From the NCBI GenBank assembly GCA_963422645.2, contig CAXXVO010000007.1, positions 736,001 to 800,000 of the forward strand: DNA of 64,000 bases, given 5' to 3'. Positions 20,273-31,138 of this stretch are shown here, one piece after another. A model generated the notes under the pieces. That model ran no database searches. It was not told the DNA's origin and was given only the letters and a program-made list of their open reading frames with translations. How positions within the stretch are numbered: position 1 is the first letter of the stretch; every line of letters starts with the position of its first letter. This DNA is from Alphaproteobacteria bacterium. GTDB taxonomy: Bacteria > Pseudomonadota > Alphaproteobacteria > UBA828. Position numbers and translations under genes: made by a program.

Positions 20273-20358
20273 TTCAGCCTGCGATATAACACGTACATAT
20301 ACTATATACATATATCAGAAGGCGTCAATCGGGCTAAGCCCGTCTCCTGTGGGAGGGC

Positions 20359-21063
20359 CTAGTCGACGGAATCGGCCTCGTCGGCGCCGCTCATCAGCTG
20401 GGAGAAACGCACCGGCAGGATCTCTTCGGTCTCGAACCGCCCGCACTCGTCCTTGGTGACCAGAAGCAGGCGCTGGTCGTCCTCCAGGCCGGCCGGGATC
20501 ACCATGCGCCCGCCGGGCTTGAGCTGTTGCAGGAGCGCCGGCGGGATCAGGTCCGGCGCGGCGGTCGCGATGATGCGGTCGTAGGGCGCGTGGTCGGGCC
20601 AGCCCAGGCTGCCGTCGCCGATGCGGAACTGGACGTTGCCGTAGCCCTGCTCGTCGAGCCGGCGACGGCCGCTCTGGGCCAGCTCCTCGAGCAGCTCCAC
20701 CGTGTAGACCTCGGCCGCAAGCTCCGCCAAGAGCGCCGCCTGATAGCCGAGCCCGGTGCCGATCTCGAGCACCCGGTGCTCCGCGCCGATCTCCAGCAGG
20801 TAGGTCATCAGCGCGACGATGAAGGGCTGCGAGATGGTCTTGCCGCTGCCGATGGGAAGCGGTGAGTCGAGGTAGGCGTAGAGCGCCATCTCGACCGGCA
20901 CGAAGGCGTGGCGCGGGACCCACCCGATTGCCTCCATGACATCGCCCGCGATCGCGGCGCGGCCGGTCTTGCGGCCGACGTGGTCGGCGTGGAGCGCCAC
21001 CTGCTCGACCATGGTCCGGCGCAGGATCGCGAATTGGTCGACGTTGGTATTCGCCGCCGTCAT
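20359..21063 (-). CDS. pcm: Protein-L-isoaspartate O-methyltransferase
   Basis: VPRHAFV, TISQPFIVALM, VLEIGTGLGYQAA, APYDRIIATAA, QLKPGG. Confidence 0.92.
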   Translation of the reverse strand: MTAANTNVDQFAILRRTMVEQVALHADHVGRKTGRAAIAGDVMEAIGWVPRHAFVPVEMALYAYLDSPLPIGSGKTISQPFIVALMTYLLEIGAEHRVLEIGTGLGYQAALLAELAAEVYTVELLEELAQSGRRRLDEQGYGNVQFRIGDGSLGWPDHAPYDRIIATAAPDLIPPALLQQLKPGGRMVIPAGLEDDQRLLLVTKDECGRFETEEILPVRFSQLMSGADEADSVD

Positions 21064-21291
21064 GGTTCGTCACCACGCCCGTGCGCGAGTCGGCGGGCAC
21101 CGCGCCCGCCCGTCCCCCCAAGGGGCGCCAGCCAGTGTCCCCCCGATTGCTGCTATAAGTAACGCATCCACGCGACAGCTGCGAGCCTCGTTGACCTCCA
21201 TGCCGGTGACGACCCTCTGCCGCGACCGCCCTTGCGATGGGAAGCCGCTGCGCTCCGATGAAGCCGGCCCGACCGGGCCTCGGACGGGCGC

Positions 21292-22713
21292 ATGACCGGC
21301 TCCCTCGCGCTGCCACTCTGGATCCTCGCGGTGGTGGGCGCGCTCGCGCTCTGGGCTGCGCTGGATCGGATCCTGATGCCGAGTGCGCGCTGGTTCCTGC
21401 GCCGCCGCCTCAACCGCATGATCGAGGAGGTGAATACACGGCTCGAGCTGCAGATTCCGGCGTTCCAGCAGACCAAGCGCCGGGTGCTGATCGACCAGCT
21501 CAGCTACGACCCTGTAGTGATGGAGGCGATCGATGCCGAGGCCGAGGCCACCGGCATCCCGCGCGAGGTGCTGAGCCGGCAGGTGGAGCGCTACGCCCGC
21601 GAGATCGTGCCCTCCTTCAACGCCTACGCCTACTTCCGCATCGGCTATCACGTGGCGCGACGGGCGGTGGAAAGTCTCTACCGCGTGCGCCTCGGCTATT
21701 CCGACGACGAAGCGCTGGCCCGCATAGAGCCCGGCGCCAGCGTCGTCTTCGTGATGAACCACCGCAGCAACATGGACTATGTGATTGTCGCCTACATGGC
21801 GGCGCACCGCTCGGCACTCAGCTACGCCGTCGGCGAATGGGCGCGGGTCTGGCCGCTCAAGATGCTGGTGCGCTCGCTCGGCGCCTACTTCGTGCGACGC
21901 GGCTCGGGCAGCCGCCTCTACCGTCAGGTGCTGGCCCGCTACGTGCAGGCGGCAACCGCCGGCGGCGTGGTCCAGGCGGTCTACCCCGAGGGCGGCCTGA
22001 GCCGCGACGGCCGCCTGCGCAAGCCCAAGCTCGGGCTCATCAACTACATGGTCTCGTCCTTCGACCCGGAGGGGACGCGCGACCTGGTCTTCGTCCCCGT
22101 CGGCATCAACTACGACCGGGTGCTGGAGGACCGCATGCTGGTGCGCGCGCCGGCCCACGGCGAGCCCCGGCGCAGCCGGTCGCGCGTGCTCATGACCGCG
22201 CTCCGCTTCGTCGCCCACAACGTGAGCCTGATGATCCGGCGGCGCTGGTACCGCTTCGGCTACGCCTGCGTGAACTTCGCCGCGCCGATTTCCATGCGGG
22301 ACTATGCCAAGGTCCACGGGGTCGACTTTCGCGCGCTGGAGGCCGACGCTCGTCACCAGGCCGTGGAAAGGCTCGGCGGCGAGCTACTGGAGGCGATCGC
22401 CGCGGCGATCCCGGTGCTTCCGGTGTCCCTGGTGGCGACGGTGTTCGTGCGCGCGGACAAGGTGCTCGATCTGCTGGAGATCAAGGGTCGCACCCAGGCG
22501 CTGATCGACAGGATGGAGCGCGAGGGCGCCTACGTGCACGTCCCGCGGGCGGACCGAGACTACGCCGTCACCGTGGGCCTGCGCATGCTGACGCTGCGCC
22601 ACTTCGTCATCGAGGCGGACGGGCTCTTCCGCGCGAACGAGGGCGAGCGCGACATGCTGCGCTACTACGCCAACGCGATCGAGCACTTCCTGCCCGAGCA
22701 GCAGGGCGACTGA
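21292..22713 (+). CDS. Glycerol-3-phosphate/lysophospholipid acyltransferase
   Basis: NHRSNMD (HX4D), YPEGGLSRDG, VPVGINYD. Confidence 0.85.
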   Translation: MTGSLALPLWILAVVGALALWAALDRILMPSARWFLRRRLNRMIEEVNTRLELQIPAFQQTKRRVLIDQLSYDPVVMEAIDAEAEATGIPREVLSRQVERYAREIVPSFNAYAYFRIGYHVARRAVESLYRVRLGYSDDEALARIEPGASVVFVMNHRSNMDYVIVAYMAAHRSALSYAVGEWARVWPLKMLVRSLGAYFVRRGSGSRLYRQVLARYVQAATAGGVVQAVYPEGGLSRDGRLRKPKLGLINYMVSSFDPEGTRDLVFVPVGINYDRVLEDRMLVRAPAHGEPRRSRSRVLMTALRFVAHNVSLMIRRRWYRFGYACVNFAAPISMRDYAKVHGVDFRALEADARHQAVERLGGELLEAIAAAIPVLPVSLVATVFVRADKVLDLLEIKGRTQALIDRMEREGAYVHVPRADRDYAVTVGLRMLTLRHFVIEADGLFRANEGERDMLRYYANAIEHFLPEQQGD

Positions 22714-22761
22714 GACGGCGGGAGGGGTGGCGCCGACGACGGGGGCCGCCGGCGCGGTGAA

Positions 22762-23055
22762 CTACTCGACGGCCTCGACGAAGTAGACGCTGCTGTTGCA
22801 GGCGCGGAAGCGCATCGGCAGCACCGCCTGATACTCGGGGCAGTTGTACCACTCCTTCGCCTTTTCCATGCTCTCGAAGCGGATCATCACGATCCTGGGC
22901 GGCTTCGACATGCCGTCCATGTGGGCGACGTTGGTAGTGGCGGCAATCAGCTCACCGCCATAGGCCGCGACCGAGGGGCCGGCCTTCTGGGCGTATTCGT
23001 CCATGAGCTCTTGATCGAACACTTGCGATTCGGAGATGAGATAGGCGGCGGGCAT
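22762..23055 (-). CDS. DUF1330-family protein
   Basis: MPAAYLI..YGG..IRFESMEKAKEWYNCPEYQ. Confidence 0.8.
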   Translation of the reverse strand: MPAAYLISESQVFDQELMDEYAQKAGPSVAAYGGELIAATTNVAHMDGMSKPPRIVMIRFESMEKAKEWYNCPEYQAVLPMRFRACNSSVYFVEAVE

Positions 23056-23096
23056 GGCTGTGCTCCTCGGGTTGGGCTGTGTCGTTTCGAAAAGGG

Positions 23097-25124
23097 TTAG
23101 AGCTTGCGGGCCTGACGGTGGCCTTCGTAGACCGCCTCGTAGGCCGAGCGGGGCGCGGTAGCATCGCCGATGGTCTCGACCGAGACGCCTCGCGCGGCAA
23201 CCGCGTTGTGCAGCGCGTTCTCGGAGCGCCGGCCGGTCGCCATGACAATCCAGTCGGCCTCGATCGTCCGCTCCGCCTCGCCGTGGTGGACGTTGTAGAG
23301 CGTCACCTTGTCGCCCTCGATGCGGCGGACGAAGTGATCGACGCAGACCCTCACCCCGCTTTGGTAGAGCTTGGGCAGAATCCAATCGAGATAGACATCC
23401 AGGATGGTCTCCATGCCCACCATGGGCCAACGGGTGACCAGCGTCACCTCATCGGCGCCGCCCTCCTTGCAGGCGACGGCAGTGAGCGGCGCCGCAACGT
23501 CGCAGAGGTCGTCCAGCACAATCACCTTGCCGCGCGGCCGGGCCTGGCCCAGCGCCACCGCGTCCCAGCCCACGCAATTGCCGGTCTCCCAGCCGGGCAG
23601 CGCCTCGCCGGTCCAGCCCTGGAAGCCGTCGACCACGACGGTGGAGCCGGTGGCCACCACCACGTGGTCGGGCTTCACCGCGTCTAACGCCTGATCCAGA
23701 TCTTCTTCCGTTACCGGCGCGCCGGTGACGATGCGGGTGCCGTTCTTCTCCGCCTGGGACGTGAGCCAGCGGCCGATCTCACCGTACTCGGCCCGGCTCG
23801 GCAGCAGCGCCTGAACCCGCACGTGGCCGCCGGTCTCACCCTCGGCCTCGTAGAGCGTCACGTTGTGGCCGCGGGCCGAGGCGACGCGCGCGTACTCCAG
23901 CCCGGCCGGGCCGCCGCCGATGACGAGCACCGACTTGGGCTCCGCCACCTTGACCAGCGTGCCCTCGCCCCAGGCTTTCTCGCGGCCCACGGCGGGGTTG
24001 TAGATGCACTGCACCCGCCCGCCCCTGCTCACGCTCTTCCAGCAGAAGTTGGCGGCAACGCATGAGCGGATGTCGTCGGTGCGGCCTTCCTGCGCCTTCT
24101 TGGCCCAGTGGGGGTCGGTGAAGAGCTGGCGCGCGAGACAGATGGCATCGCCATCGCCGGCCTCCAGCAGCTGCTCGGCGACATCCGGCGTGGTGATGCG
24201 GCCCACCAGCAGCACCGGCTTCGACGAGACCTCGCGGATCTTGCGGGCGTAGCCCCGCTCCCACCCGGCCTCGAACTCCATCGGCGTGTGGATGAAGGCG
24301 TGATGCACGCCGGCCGAGACGTCGACGTAGTCGATGTCCGCGCGATTCTCGATTTCGACGACGATGTCGCGCACGTCGTCGATTTCGAGATCGCCCGGCC
24401 AGAAGGAGGTCGAGTTGATGCGGTAGCCGACGAACCTGTCGTCGCCGGCAGCAGCCCGCATCCGATTCAATGCCTCGACGGGGAAGCGCAGCCGGTTCTC
24501 CTGCGAGCCGCCCCAGCGGTCGGTGCGCTTGTTGTATAGCGGCGAGATGAACTGCCAGGGCAGGTAGCCGTGGCTGAGATGAAGCTCGACTCCGTCGAGC
24601 CCCGCCGCGAACGCGCGGGCCGCGGCGCTGCCGAAGGATTCCAGCAGCTCCTCGATCTCGTCCTCGTCCAGCTCCTTGGGCGTCGACGCACCGGGGAACT
24701 CGCCCAAGGGCACCTGGCTCGGCGAGAGCGTGTACCAGGTCGCGTCGGGGTCGTAGGTGGCCTCCTGCTTGAAGGTGGGGAAGCCACGCACGCCCGAGTG
24801 CCAGAGCTGGATCGCGAGCTTGCAGCCTTCGGCATGGACCGCGTCCGCGATTTTGGAGAGCGGCTCGATCTGCCGGTCGTCGAAGAGCTGCGGCATGAGC
24901 AGCGGCGCCATGATCGAGCTCGGGTGGACATGGGTCCCGCCGATGATGATGAGACCGACGCCGCCCTCGGCGCGCTCCCGGTAATAGTGCGTGGCCATGT
25001 CGATGAAGAGCCCGTTCCAAGGGTCGGAGACCCAGCTCGGGCAGGTTGGCGGAAACACCACGCGGTTCTTGATCGTGGTGTTGCGAATCTTCCATTCCGA
25101 GAAAAGCCGTGGATAGGCCGTCAT
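23097..25124 (-). CDS. OYE-like NADH:flavin oxidoreductase (trimethylamine dehydrogenase/2,4-dienoyl-CoA reductase type)
   Basis: IKNRVV, DGVELHLSHGYL, NKRTDRWGGS.ENR.RF, CVAANFC cluster region, VIGGGPAGLE. Confidence 0.88.
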   Translation of the reverse strand: MTAYPRLFSEWKIRNTTIKNRVVFPPTCPSWVSDPWNGLFIDMATHYYRERAEGGVGLIIIGGTHVHPSSIMAPLLMPQLFDDRQIEPLSKIADAVHAEGCKLAIQLWHSGVRGFPTFKQEATYDPDATWYTLSPSQVPLGEFPGASTPKELDEDEIEELLESFGSAAARAFAAGLDGVELHLSHGYLPWQFISPLYNKRTDRWGGSQENRLRFPVEALNRMRAAAGDDRFVGYRINSTSFWPGDLEIDDVRDIVVEIENRADIDYVDVSAGVHHAFIHTPMEFEAGWERGYARKIREVSSKPVLLVGRITTPDVAEQLLEAGDGDAICLARQLFTDPHWAKKAQEGRTDDIRSCVAANFCWKSVSRGGRVQCIYNPAVGREKAWGEGTLVKVAEPKSVLVIGGGPAGLEYARVASARGHNVTLYEAEGETGGHVRVQALLPSRAEYGEIGRWLTSQAEKNGTRIVTGAPVTEEDLDQALDAVKPDHVVVATGSTVVVDGFQGWTGEALPGWETGNCVGWDAVALGQARPRGKVIVLDDLCDVAAPLTAVACKEGGADEVTLVTRWPMVGMETILDVYLDWILPKLYQSGVRVCVDHFVRRIEGDKVTLYNVHHGEAERTIEADWIVMATGRRSENALHNAVAARGVSVETIGDATAPRSAYEAVYEGHRQARKL

Positions 25125-25259
25125 GTCGCGCTCCCCCTGATCGAGGGCGCCCGGTCGCCCGGTCGCCCTGTGCATAACCGCCGCGCTCCATTACACTCGG
25201 CTTGGCGTGGGAATGCCAGTTTCGCGGCCTCTGGCCGGCTCAATCACGGGAGGGCGGCG

Positions 25260-26675
25260 ATGTCCGACACCTATCGCGCGGTGATTCCCTACGAATCCCT
25301 CGATCCGCTCACCATCGGCTCGGCCGACGATCCGGCCATGGTCTATCGGGAGACGCTGACCCTCGATATTCCCGAGGCCAACCTGCTGGCGGCGCTCTTC
25401 CCGGACGAGCCGGGGCCCATCGCGAACCCCACCGAGGCCTGCGCGGCCGCGCTGGAGGCGCCGCATTCGGGGCCTGCGTTCTCGGAGATGATCGGGTCGG
25501 ACAAGAGCCTCGCCATCATCATCGACAACCAGTTCCGCCCGACCCCCACCTCCAAGCTGCTGCCGGCGGTGCTCGATGCCATCGAGGCCCACGGCGTCAA
25601 GGACGCGCGCGTGGTCTGCGCCAACGGCAAGGTCTTCCCCATGTCGGAGCGCGACACCGAGCTCAAGCTCGGGCGCGAGAACCTCGCGCGCATGGAGCGG
25701 CTGGGCATCCCCTTCTTCCAGAACGAACCGCGCGATCCCGATCAGTACGTCTTCATCGGCATGACCACGGGCGGCACGCCGGTCTGGCTGCACAAGGAGG
25801 TGGCGAAGTCCGACGTGAGCCTCTCGATGGGCCAGGCGCAGTCCAACCACTGGGGCGCCGGCGGGGGCGGCAAGCTGATCCTGCCGGGCGTGGTCTCGGA
25901 CGAGACCATCGAATCGAACCACTGTGCCTTCGTGATGTCGCCCAAGACCCATTACGGCGCAATGGCCGGGCCGATGCGGACCGACATCGACGAGGCCGCC
26001 ACCATGTGCGGGCTCTCGGCGACGCTCAACAGCGTGCTGGATACGCGGGGCAGGCTCTGCTTCATCAACTTCGGCGCGCATCCGGACGCGCACCGCGAGG
26101 CGATCCGCTTCTTCAACGGCATCTACGCCTACGATCGCCCCGCCGGCGGGCCGGCGGACATCGGCATCTGCGGCGTCTTCGCGCCGACCGACCATCTATT
26201 CTTCCACACCGGTTGGGGCTGCATGTCGTCCGACCTGCTGGTGAAGGACGGCGGGACGCTGATCTATTGCAGCCCGTCGCCCGGCGTGAGCACGCATCTG
26301 GGCGACTTCCCGGGCCTCGCACTCATGGACCTGATGAAGCCCTACATGCCGCCCTCGCCCGCGAACCTTGAGCGCGTCTACCGCGACATCCACACCCGCA
26401 CCATCGAGATGTGGGCGGGCTGCATCTGGGTGCCGATTTACGAGGTCATGGTGCGCAAACACCTCCACGTGGTGACGCTGGAAGAGAATTTGGAAATGGC
26501 GGCCGATATCGGAATGGAGGCCGGCACCTCGATCGAGGATGCGTTCGCCGCCGCGATGGCCCGTCACGGCCCGGACGCCAAGGTCGCGGTTCTGCCCTTC
26601 GCGCGCTACCAGCTGCCGCGCGATGCGATCCGCATGCCGGCCGAGGTCGAGCCCCTGGCGCACGCGGCGGAGTAG
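25260..26675 (+). CDS. Lactate racemase (LarA/DUF2088)-domain protein
   Basis: IIDNQFRPTP, HWGAGGGGKLILPGV, ETIESNH, VKDGGTLI. Confidence 0.75.
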   Translation: MSDTYRAVIPYESLDPLTIGSADDPAMVYRETLTLDIPEANLLAALFPDEPGPIANPTEACAAALEAPHSGPAFSEMIGSDKSLAIIIDNQFRPTPTSKLLPAVLDAIEAHGVKDARVVCANGKVFPMSERDTELKLGRENLARMERLGIPFFQNEPRDPDQYVFIGMTTGGTPVWLHKEVAKSDVSLSMGQAQSNHWGAGGGGKLILPGVVSDETIESNHCAFVMSPKTHYGAMAGPMRTDIDEAATMCGLSATLNSVLDTRGRLCFINFGAHPDAHREAIRFFNGIYAYDRPAGGPADIGICGVFAPTDHLFFHTGWGCMSSDLLVKDGGTLIYCSPSPGVSTHLGDFPGLALMDLMKPYMPPSPANLERVYRDIHTRTIEMWAGCIWVPIYEVMVRKHLHVVTLEENLEMAADIGMEAGTSIEDAFAAAMARHGPDAKVAVLPFARYQLPRDAIRMPAEVEPLAHAAE

Positions 26676-26686
26676 GGTCGGGTCGC

Positions 26687-27001
26687 ATGTCTTCCCCGGG
26701 CGCCTCGGCCGCGCCGATCACGGGATCCACGACCGTGGTCGAGCTGCTGGAGCGCTTCCCCGGCGGCGAGGCGGCCGACCTGATGGCGAGGCTCGCCTGG
26801 CCCTGCGCCCACTGCTCGGGCGCACTGCACGAGCCCCTGAGCATGGCCGCCAAGCGCCACGCCAACCGCGCGGGCCCCGTGGTGCGTGCTTTCCAGGCGC
26901 TCGAGCGCGGCGGCCCCAGCGAGGCCGAGATCGCCGAGGCCGCCGCCAAGCACGAGAAACGCCCCAACCCGGCAGCGCTCTGGGCTCGCTACACGCGCTA
27001 G
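26687..27001 (+). CDS. Small CxxC protein (DUF1858-like)
   Basis: TVVELLERFP...WPCAHC...EPLSMAAKRH; directly follows the LarA-like gene. Confidence 0.55.
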   Translation: MSSPGASAAPITGSTTVVELLERFPGGEAADLMARLAWPCAHCSGALHEPLSMAAKRHANRAGPVVRAFQALERGGPSEAEIAEAAAKHEKRPNPAALWARYTR

Positions 27002-27288
27002 CGCTCGGGCAACCGCCCCCTCGTCACCCTTGAATCCGGCCGTGAGAGAACGGCCCTGCCTGCGCCCCGCAGGCGAAGGCGCGTCCTCGATGCCTGGTCG
27101 GCGTCCGCGGTGCCAATGTGCCCCCGCAGCGCAACAGGCCATGACCCGCAAGGCCGTGCGTGGATGCCAAAGTTTTCGCGGAAACGGCCGGGTATTCTCT
27201 GTCCACACACGCGCCCTATAACGATCCCATGTACACGATATTAGCACTCCGATACACTCAACTAAACTATCGGAAGGTAATAACTTAG

Positions 27289-27560
27289 ATGCTGCGGTGC
27301 AACGTGTGCGGTAATTTCACGTTTAGGAAGGGCCCAGGGGGCAGGATGAGCCTTGGAGGGTCGTTGCCCGCCTGCAGTTCATGCGGTTCACTGGAGCGAC
27401 ATCGAATCGTTCGTTCCGTCTGGAATTCGGTGATTGGACGCGGAGTAAGCCGTCTCACGGCGATTCAATTCAGCCAGGATACGTCCGTAGACAAAGAGTG
27501 GTTTCATTCCTTATATGTCTCAGAATACGGGAAGACGAACTCTCTGAATTTGGAGAATAT
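27289..27560 (+). pseudogene. N-terminal fragment of a probable SAM-methyltransferase-type gene, cut by IS-X
   Basis: CNVCG..CSSCGSLERHR; lower GC; ends at the IS IR at 27561. Confidence 0.5.
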
Positions 27561-27863
27561 CAGACTTCCTGACCTCTGCTGATTTTAGGTGACACGAGCC
27601 GCGCGGATTCCGAGGCCCCGTCGATGTCGTAGACTATGCGCAGACGGGTGCCGGGGAAGACCGTTTCGGTGGCGTTCAGGTCGCTCAGAACCGCATCGAT
27701 CCAACGGTCGCAGGCGTCGTTTGCGAGGCCAAGAATGTGGACCCGCAGGAGGCCATTGTTGTTAAGCGTGGAAAAGTGACCCCCTATTGGGGGTGATCGG
27801 CGTCCAAAATTGACCCCCTTGGATTTGTGTCCATGAACACACCTCGTCGTTTGGACGGACGGG

Positions 27864-29390
27864 GTGGTGGGGGAGATGCTGGTTGTGGAAACGATCGCGA
27901 AGATCCGTCGGGATCATCTGGTGAAGGGCGTTCCGATCAAGAAGCTCGCCCGGGATTTGAGGGTTTCCAAGAACACGATACGCAAGGTGGTGCGGGGCGA
28001 TGCGACCTCGCACAGCTACGAGCGCAAGATCCAGCCGATGCCGAAGCTTGGGCTGTGGGTGGAGGAGCTTGAGCGCCAGCTGAAGGCCAACGAGAAGAAG
28101 GCACGCAAGGATCGGCTGTCTCTTCTGCGGATTCATGAAGACCTTGTGTCGCTGGGCTACAAGGGCGGCTATGACGCGGTTCGCCGCTATGCCAGGGCCT
28201 GGCGGCGCCGGTGGCGGCTGTTGTCGCCGGCGCAGGCCTATGTGCCGCTGATCTTCGATCCCGGCGAGGCCTACCAGTTCGACTGGAGCCACGAGTACGC
28301 GCGTCTGTCGGGCGCGACGACCAGGGTGAAGGCGGCGCACATGCGGCTGTGCCACAGCCGGATGTATCTGGTCCAGATCTTTCCCCGCGAGAGCCAGGAG
28401 ATGGTCTTCGAGGCGCACGAGCGTGCCTTCCGCTTCTTCGGCGGGGTCTGCCGGCGGGGCATCTACGACAACATGAAGACGGCGGTGAGCACGATCTTCG
28501 TGGGCAAGAAGCGGGACTACAACCGCCGCTTCCAGGAGCTGTGCTCGCACCATCTGGTGGAGCCTGTGGCGTGCACGCCAGGGGCTGGCTGGGAGAAGGG
28601 GCAGGTCGAGAAGCAGGTGGGTGACCTTCGCGGCCGCCTGTTCGTGCCCATCCCGCGGGGCCGCTCCTACGCCGAGATCAACGAGTGGCTGATGGATCGG
28701 TGCATCGAGGACGCCAAGAAGCATCCGCATCCGACAATCCCGGGCAAGACGGTGTGGCAGGTGTTCGAGGAGGAGCAGCCCTTCCTGATGGCGTATCGCG
28801 GCCCCTTCGACGGCTTCCATGCCAGCGAGGTGTCGGTCTCGAAGACCTGTCTGGTGCGCTTCGACAACAACCAGTACAGCGTCGCGGCCCGCGCCGTCGG
28901 CCGGCCGGTGGACGTGCGGGCCTATGCCGATCGGATCGTCATCCGCCAGGACGGCGAGACCGTTGCCGAGCACCCCCGCAGCTTCGGGCGCGGCCGGTTC
29001 GTCTACGATCCGTGGCATTACGTGCCGATCCTGACGCGGAAGCCCGGCGCGCTACGCAATGGCGCGCCCTTCAAGGACTGGCAGTTGCCCAACGCGCTCG
29101 GCCGCCTGCGAACCCGGCTCGCGGGCCACGACGACGGCGACCGGCAGTTCGTCAAGGTGCTCGCGGCGGTGCTGGAGGACGGACTGGAGGCGGTTGAGGC
29201 GGCCTGTGCCGAGACGCTCGACTGCGGTGCCTGCAGCGCCGACGTGGTGCTCAACATCCTCGCCCGGCAGCGCCAGCCGGCACCGCCGGCAATCATCCCG
29301 ACGCCCGAGGGCCTGCAGCTTCGCCACAAGCCGGTAGCCGACTGTCAGCGCTACGACAGCCTGAGGGAGGCCGGTCATGGAGCGTCATGA
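27864..29390 (+). CDS. istA: IS21 transposase
   Basis: [21 protein letters not shown]. Confidence 0.93.
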   Translation: MVGEMLVVETIAKIRRDHLVKGVPIKKLARDLRVSKNTIRKVVRGDATSHSYERKIQPMPKLGLWVEELERQLKANEKKARKDRLSLLRIHEDLVSLGYKGGYDAVRRYARAWRRRWRLLSPAQAYVPLIFDPGEAYQFDWSHEYARLSGATTRVKAAHMRLCHSRMYLVQIFPRESQEMVFEAHERAFRFFGGVCRRGIYDNMKTAVSTIFVGKKRDYNRRFQELCSHHLVEPVACTPGAGWEKGQVEKQVGDLRGRLFVPIPRGRSYAEINEWLMDRCIEDAKKHPHPTIPGKTVWQVFEEEQPFLMAYRGPFDGFHASEVSVSKTCLVRFDNNQYSVAARAVGRPVDVRAYADRIVIRQDGETVAEHPRSFGRGRFVYDPWHYVPILTRKPGALRNGAPFKDWQLPNALGRLRTRLAGHDDGDRQFVKVLAAVLEDGLEAVEAACAETLDCGACSADVVLNILARQRQPAPPAIIPTPEGLQLRHKPVADCQRYDSLREAGHGAS

Positions 29391-30105
29391 TGTGCTGGAG
29401 ATGATGACCCAGCTGAAGCTCGCAGGTATGCGCGCCGCTTACGACGACATCCTTGCCGACGGGCTCAAGCGCCGCCATCCGGTGCAACAGATCATCGGTA
29501 CGCTGCTGCAGGTCGAGATCGCCGACAAGAGGGCCCGCTCGATCAAGTACCAGATGGCCTCCGCCAAGCTGCCGACGGTCAAGGAGCTGGCCGACTTCGA
29601 CTTCGCCGCCTCGCCGGTCAACGAGCCCCTGATCCAGGAGCTCGCCGGCGGCGGCTTCCTCGAGGGCAAACGCAACATCGTGCTGGTCGGCGGCACCGGT
29701 ACCGGCAAGACCCATCTCGCCGTCGCCATCGCGCGGTCCTGCATCCGCAAGGGCGCGCGCGGCCGGTGCTACAACGTCGTCGACCTGGTCAACCTCCTCG
29801 AGGCCGAGCTTCGCGCCGGACGCCAGGGCCGCACTGCAGACCAGCTCGTCCGCCGCGACTTCGTCATCCTCGACGAGCTCGGCTACCTGCCCTTCGCCCA
29901 GGCCGGTGGGCAGCTGCTCTTCCATCTGATGAGCCGGCTCTACGAGCGCACCTCGATCGTCATCACCACAAACCTCGCCTTCGGCGAATGGCCATCCGTC
30001 TTCGGCGACCCCAAGATGACCACAGCGCTGCTCGATCGCCTCACCCATCATTGCGAGATCATCGAGACCGGCAACGAGAGCTGGCGCTTCAAGAACCGCT
30101 CCTGA
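29377..30105 (+). CDS. istB: IS21 helper ATPase
   Basis: [30 protein letters not shown]. Confidence 0.95.
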   Translation: MERHDVLEMMTQLKLAGMRAAYDDILADGLKRRHPVQQIIGTLLQVEIADKRARSIKYQMASAKLPTVKELADFDFAASPVNEPLIQELAGGGFLEGKRNIVLVGGTGTGKTHLAVAIARSCIRKGARGRCYNVVDLVNLLEAELRAGRQGRTADQLVRRDFVILDELGYLPFAQAGGQLLFHLMSRLYERTSIVITTNLAFGEWPSVFGDPKMTTALLDRLTHHCEIIETGNESWRFKNRS

Positions 30106-30843
30106 CCCGCCGCCGGCCTCCCTTGCGGCCCGGTTGCCCCGGTGGGCCAACAGGGACCCCCCACGCGGCTTCGCTCCGCGTAGCGCAGGGCGCCACACGA
30201 AGCCGCGCGGGTCCCCCCTATTGGCTACCGGGACAACCTCCGCCGTGCCACTCAGGGGGGTCAATTTTGCACGCCGATCGGGGGTCAGTATTGAAAGCCG
30301 ATTGACACCCCGCTTCGCCCTCGGCCAGGTAGCGCCGTCGTGCGCGCTGCACCGTCGCGCGCGAGACAGCGAAAGCGTCAGCCAGTTCCTGCGGCGAGAC
30401 CGCGCTGATCGCCGCGAGGCGGCCGATCCGCAAGAGCATGGCCGTGCGGTCATCGGCGGCGTGGCTGTCAAAGGGAATGAGGTTGGAAAAGTAGGTGAAG
30501 GTGTCGTCCGAGATCAGGACGGCGAAGCAGCTGTTGCCGATCGAGACCGCCTCTGGAGGGCACATTGGGAGGGTACTGGGCATGGTTGAGACCGTGCAAT
30601 TGGTATCAAATTATACTATCAGACCTCGGGCGCGACACCCAGCGAAAAACCGCCTGAAACAACCGAAATGTATCAGAATTCAAGGAGTTCCCGGCACGCT
30701 GCCCAGAACAGCCAGCATCACGAGGTCAGGAAGTCTGAGGCTACGCCAGATCGCTTGACATTGGAGACTGCGATCCTGTATGGAATGTTCCCGTTTTGGG
30801 ATCAATGTACTTGACACGTAATCGGAAACGGTGCATATAGCTT

Positions 30844-31137
30844 ATGCGGGTCATCGCCAAGAAGACGCTCCGGGAGTTCTGGCAGCGTCACCCAGATGCC
30901 GAAGAGCCGCTTCTCGCTTGGTACCGGGAAGTGAAACAAGCGGATTGGGATACGCCGGCCGCCCTGAAGGAGATGTATGGCAACGCGAGCATCGTTGGCG
31001 ACAACCGGGTGATCTTCAACATAAAGGGCAACGACTATCGCCTCGTGGTGAAGATCAACTACCGGCATCGCGTCGTCTACATCCGCTTTGTGGGTACGCA
31101 TGCCGAGTACGACGCCGTAGACGTGGAGGAGGTGTGA
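30844..31137 (+). CDS. higB: HigB-family mRNase toxin
   Basis: MRVIAKKTLREFW..NRVIFNIKGNDYRLVV..IRFVGTHAEYD. Confidence 0.92.
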   Translation: MRVIAKKTLREFWQRHPDAEEPLLAWYREVKQADWDTPAALKEMYGNASIVGDNRVIFNIKGNDYRLVVKINYRHRVVYIRFVGTHAEYDAVDVEEV

Positions 31138-31138
31138 G

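Larger units (their letters stand above)
27757..30307 (+). mobile_element. IS21-family element, copy 1
   Basis: TG...CA ends with repeated TGACCCC motifs; istA-istB; no TSD. Confidence 0.92.
27561..30737 (-). mobile_element. Short IS-X derivative in inverted orientation, with IS21 replacing about 0.4 kb
   Basis: The same 16-bp IRs at 27561 and 30722-30737. Both arms match 42611-43633 in reverse. Flanks AATAT and AGGCT do not match each other. Confidence 0.85.

Noticed and set aside
24570-25259. Long N-terminal extensions and antisense ORFs in the track (e.g. 24570-, 58901-, 53995-56103, 61339-63384)
   Set aside because: Shadow frames of real genes in high-GC DNA; starts were trimmed to the motif-supported ones.
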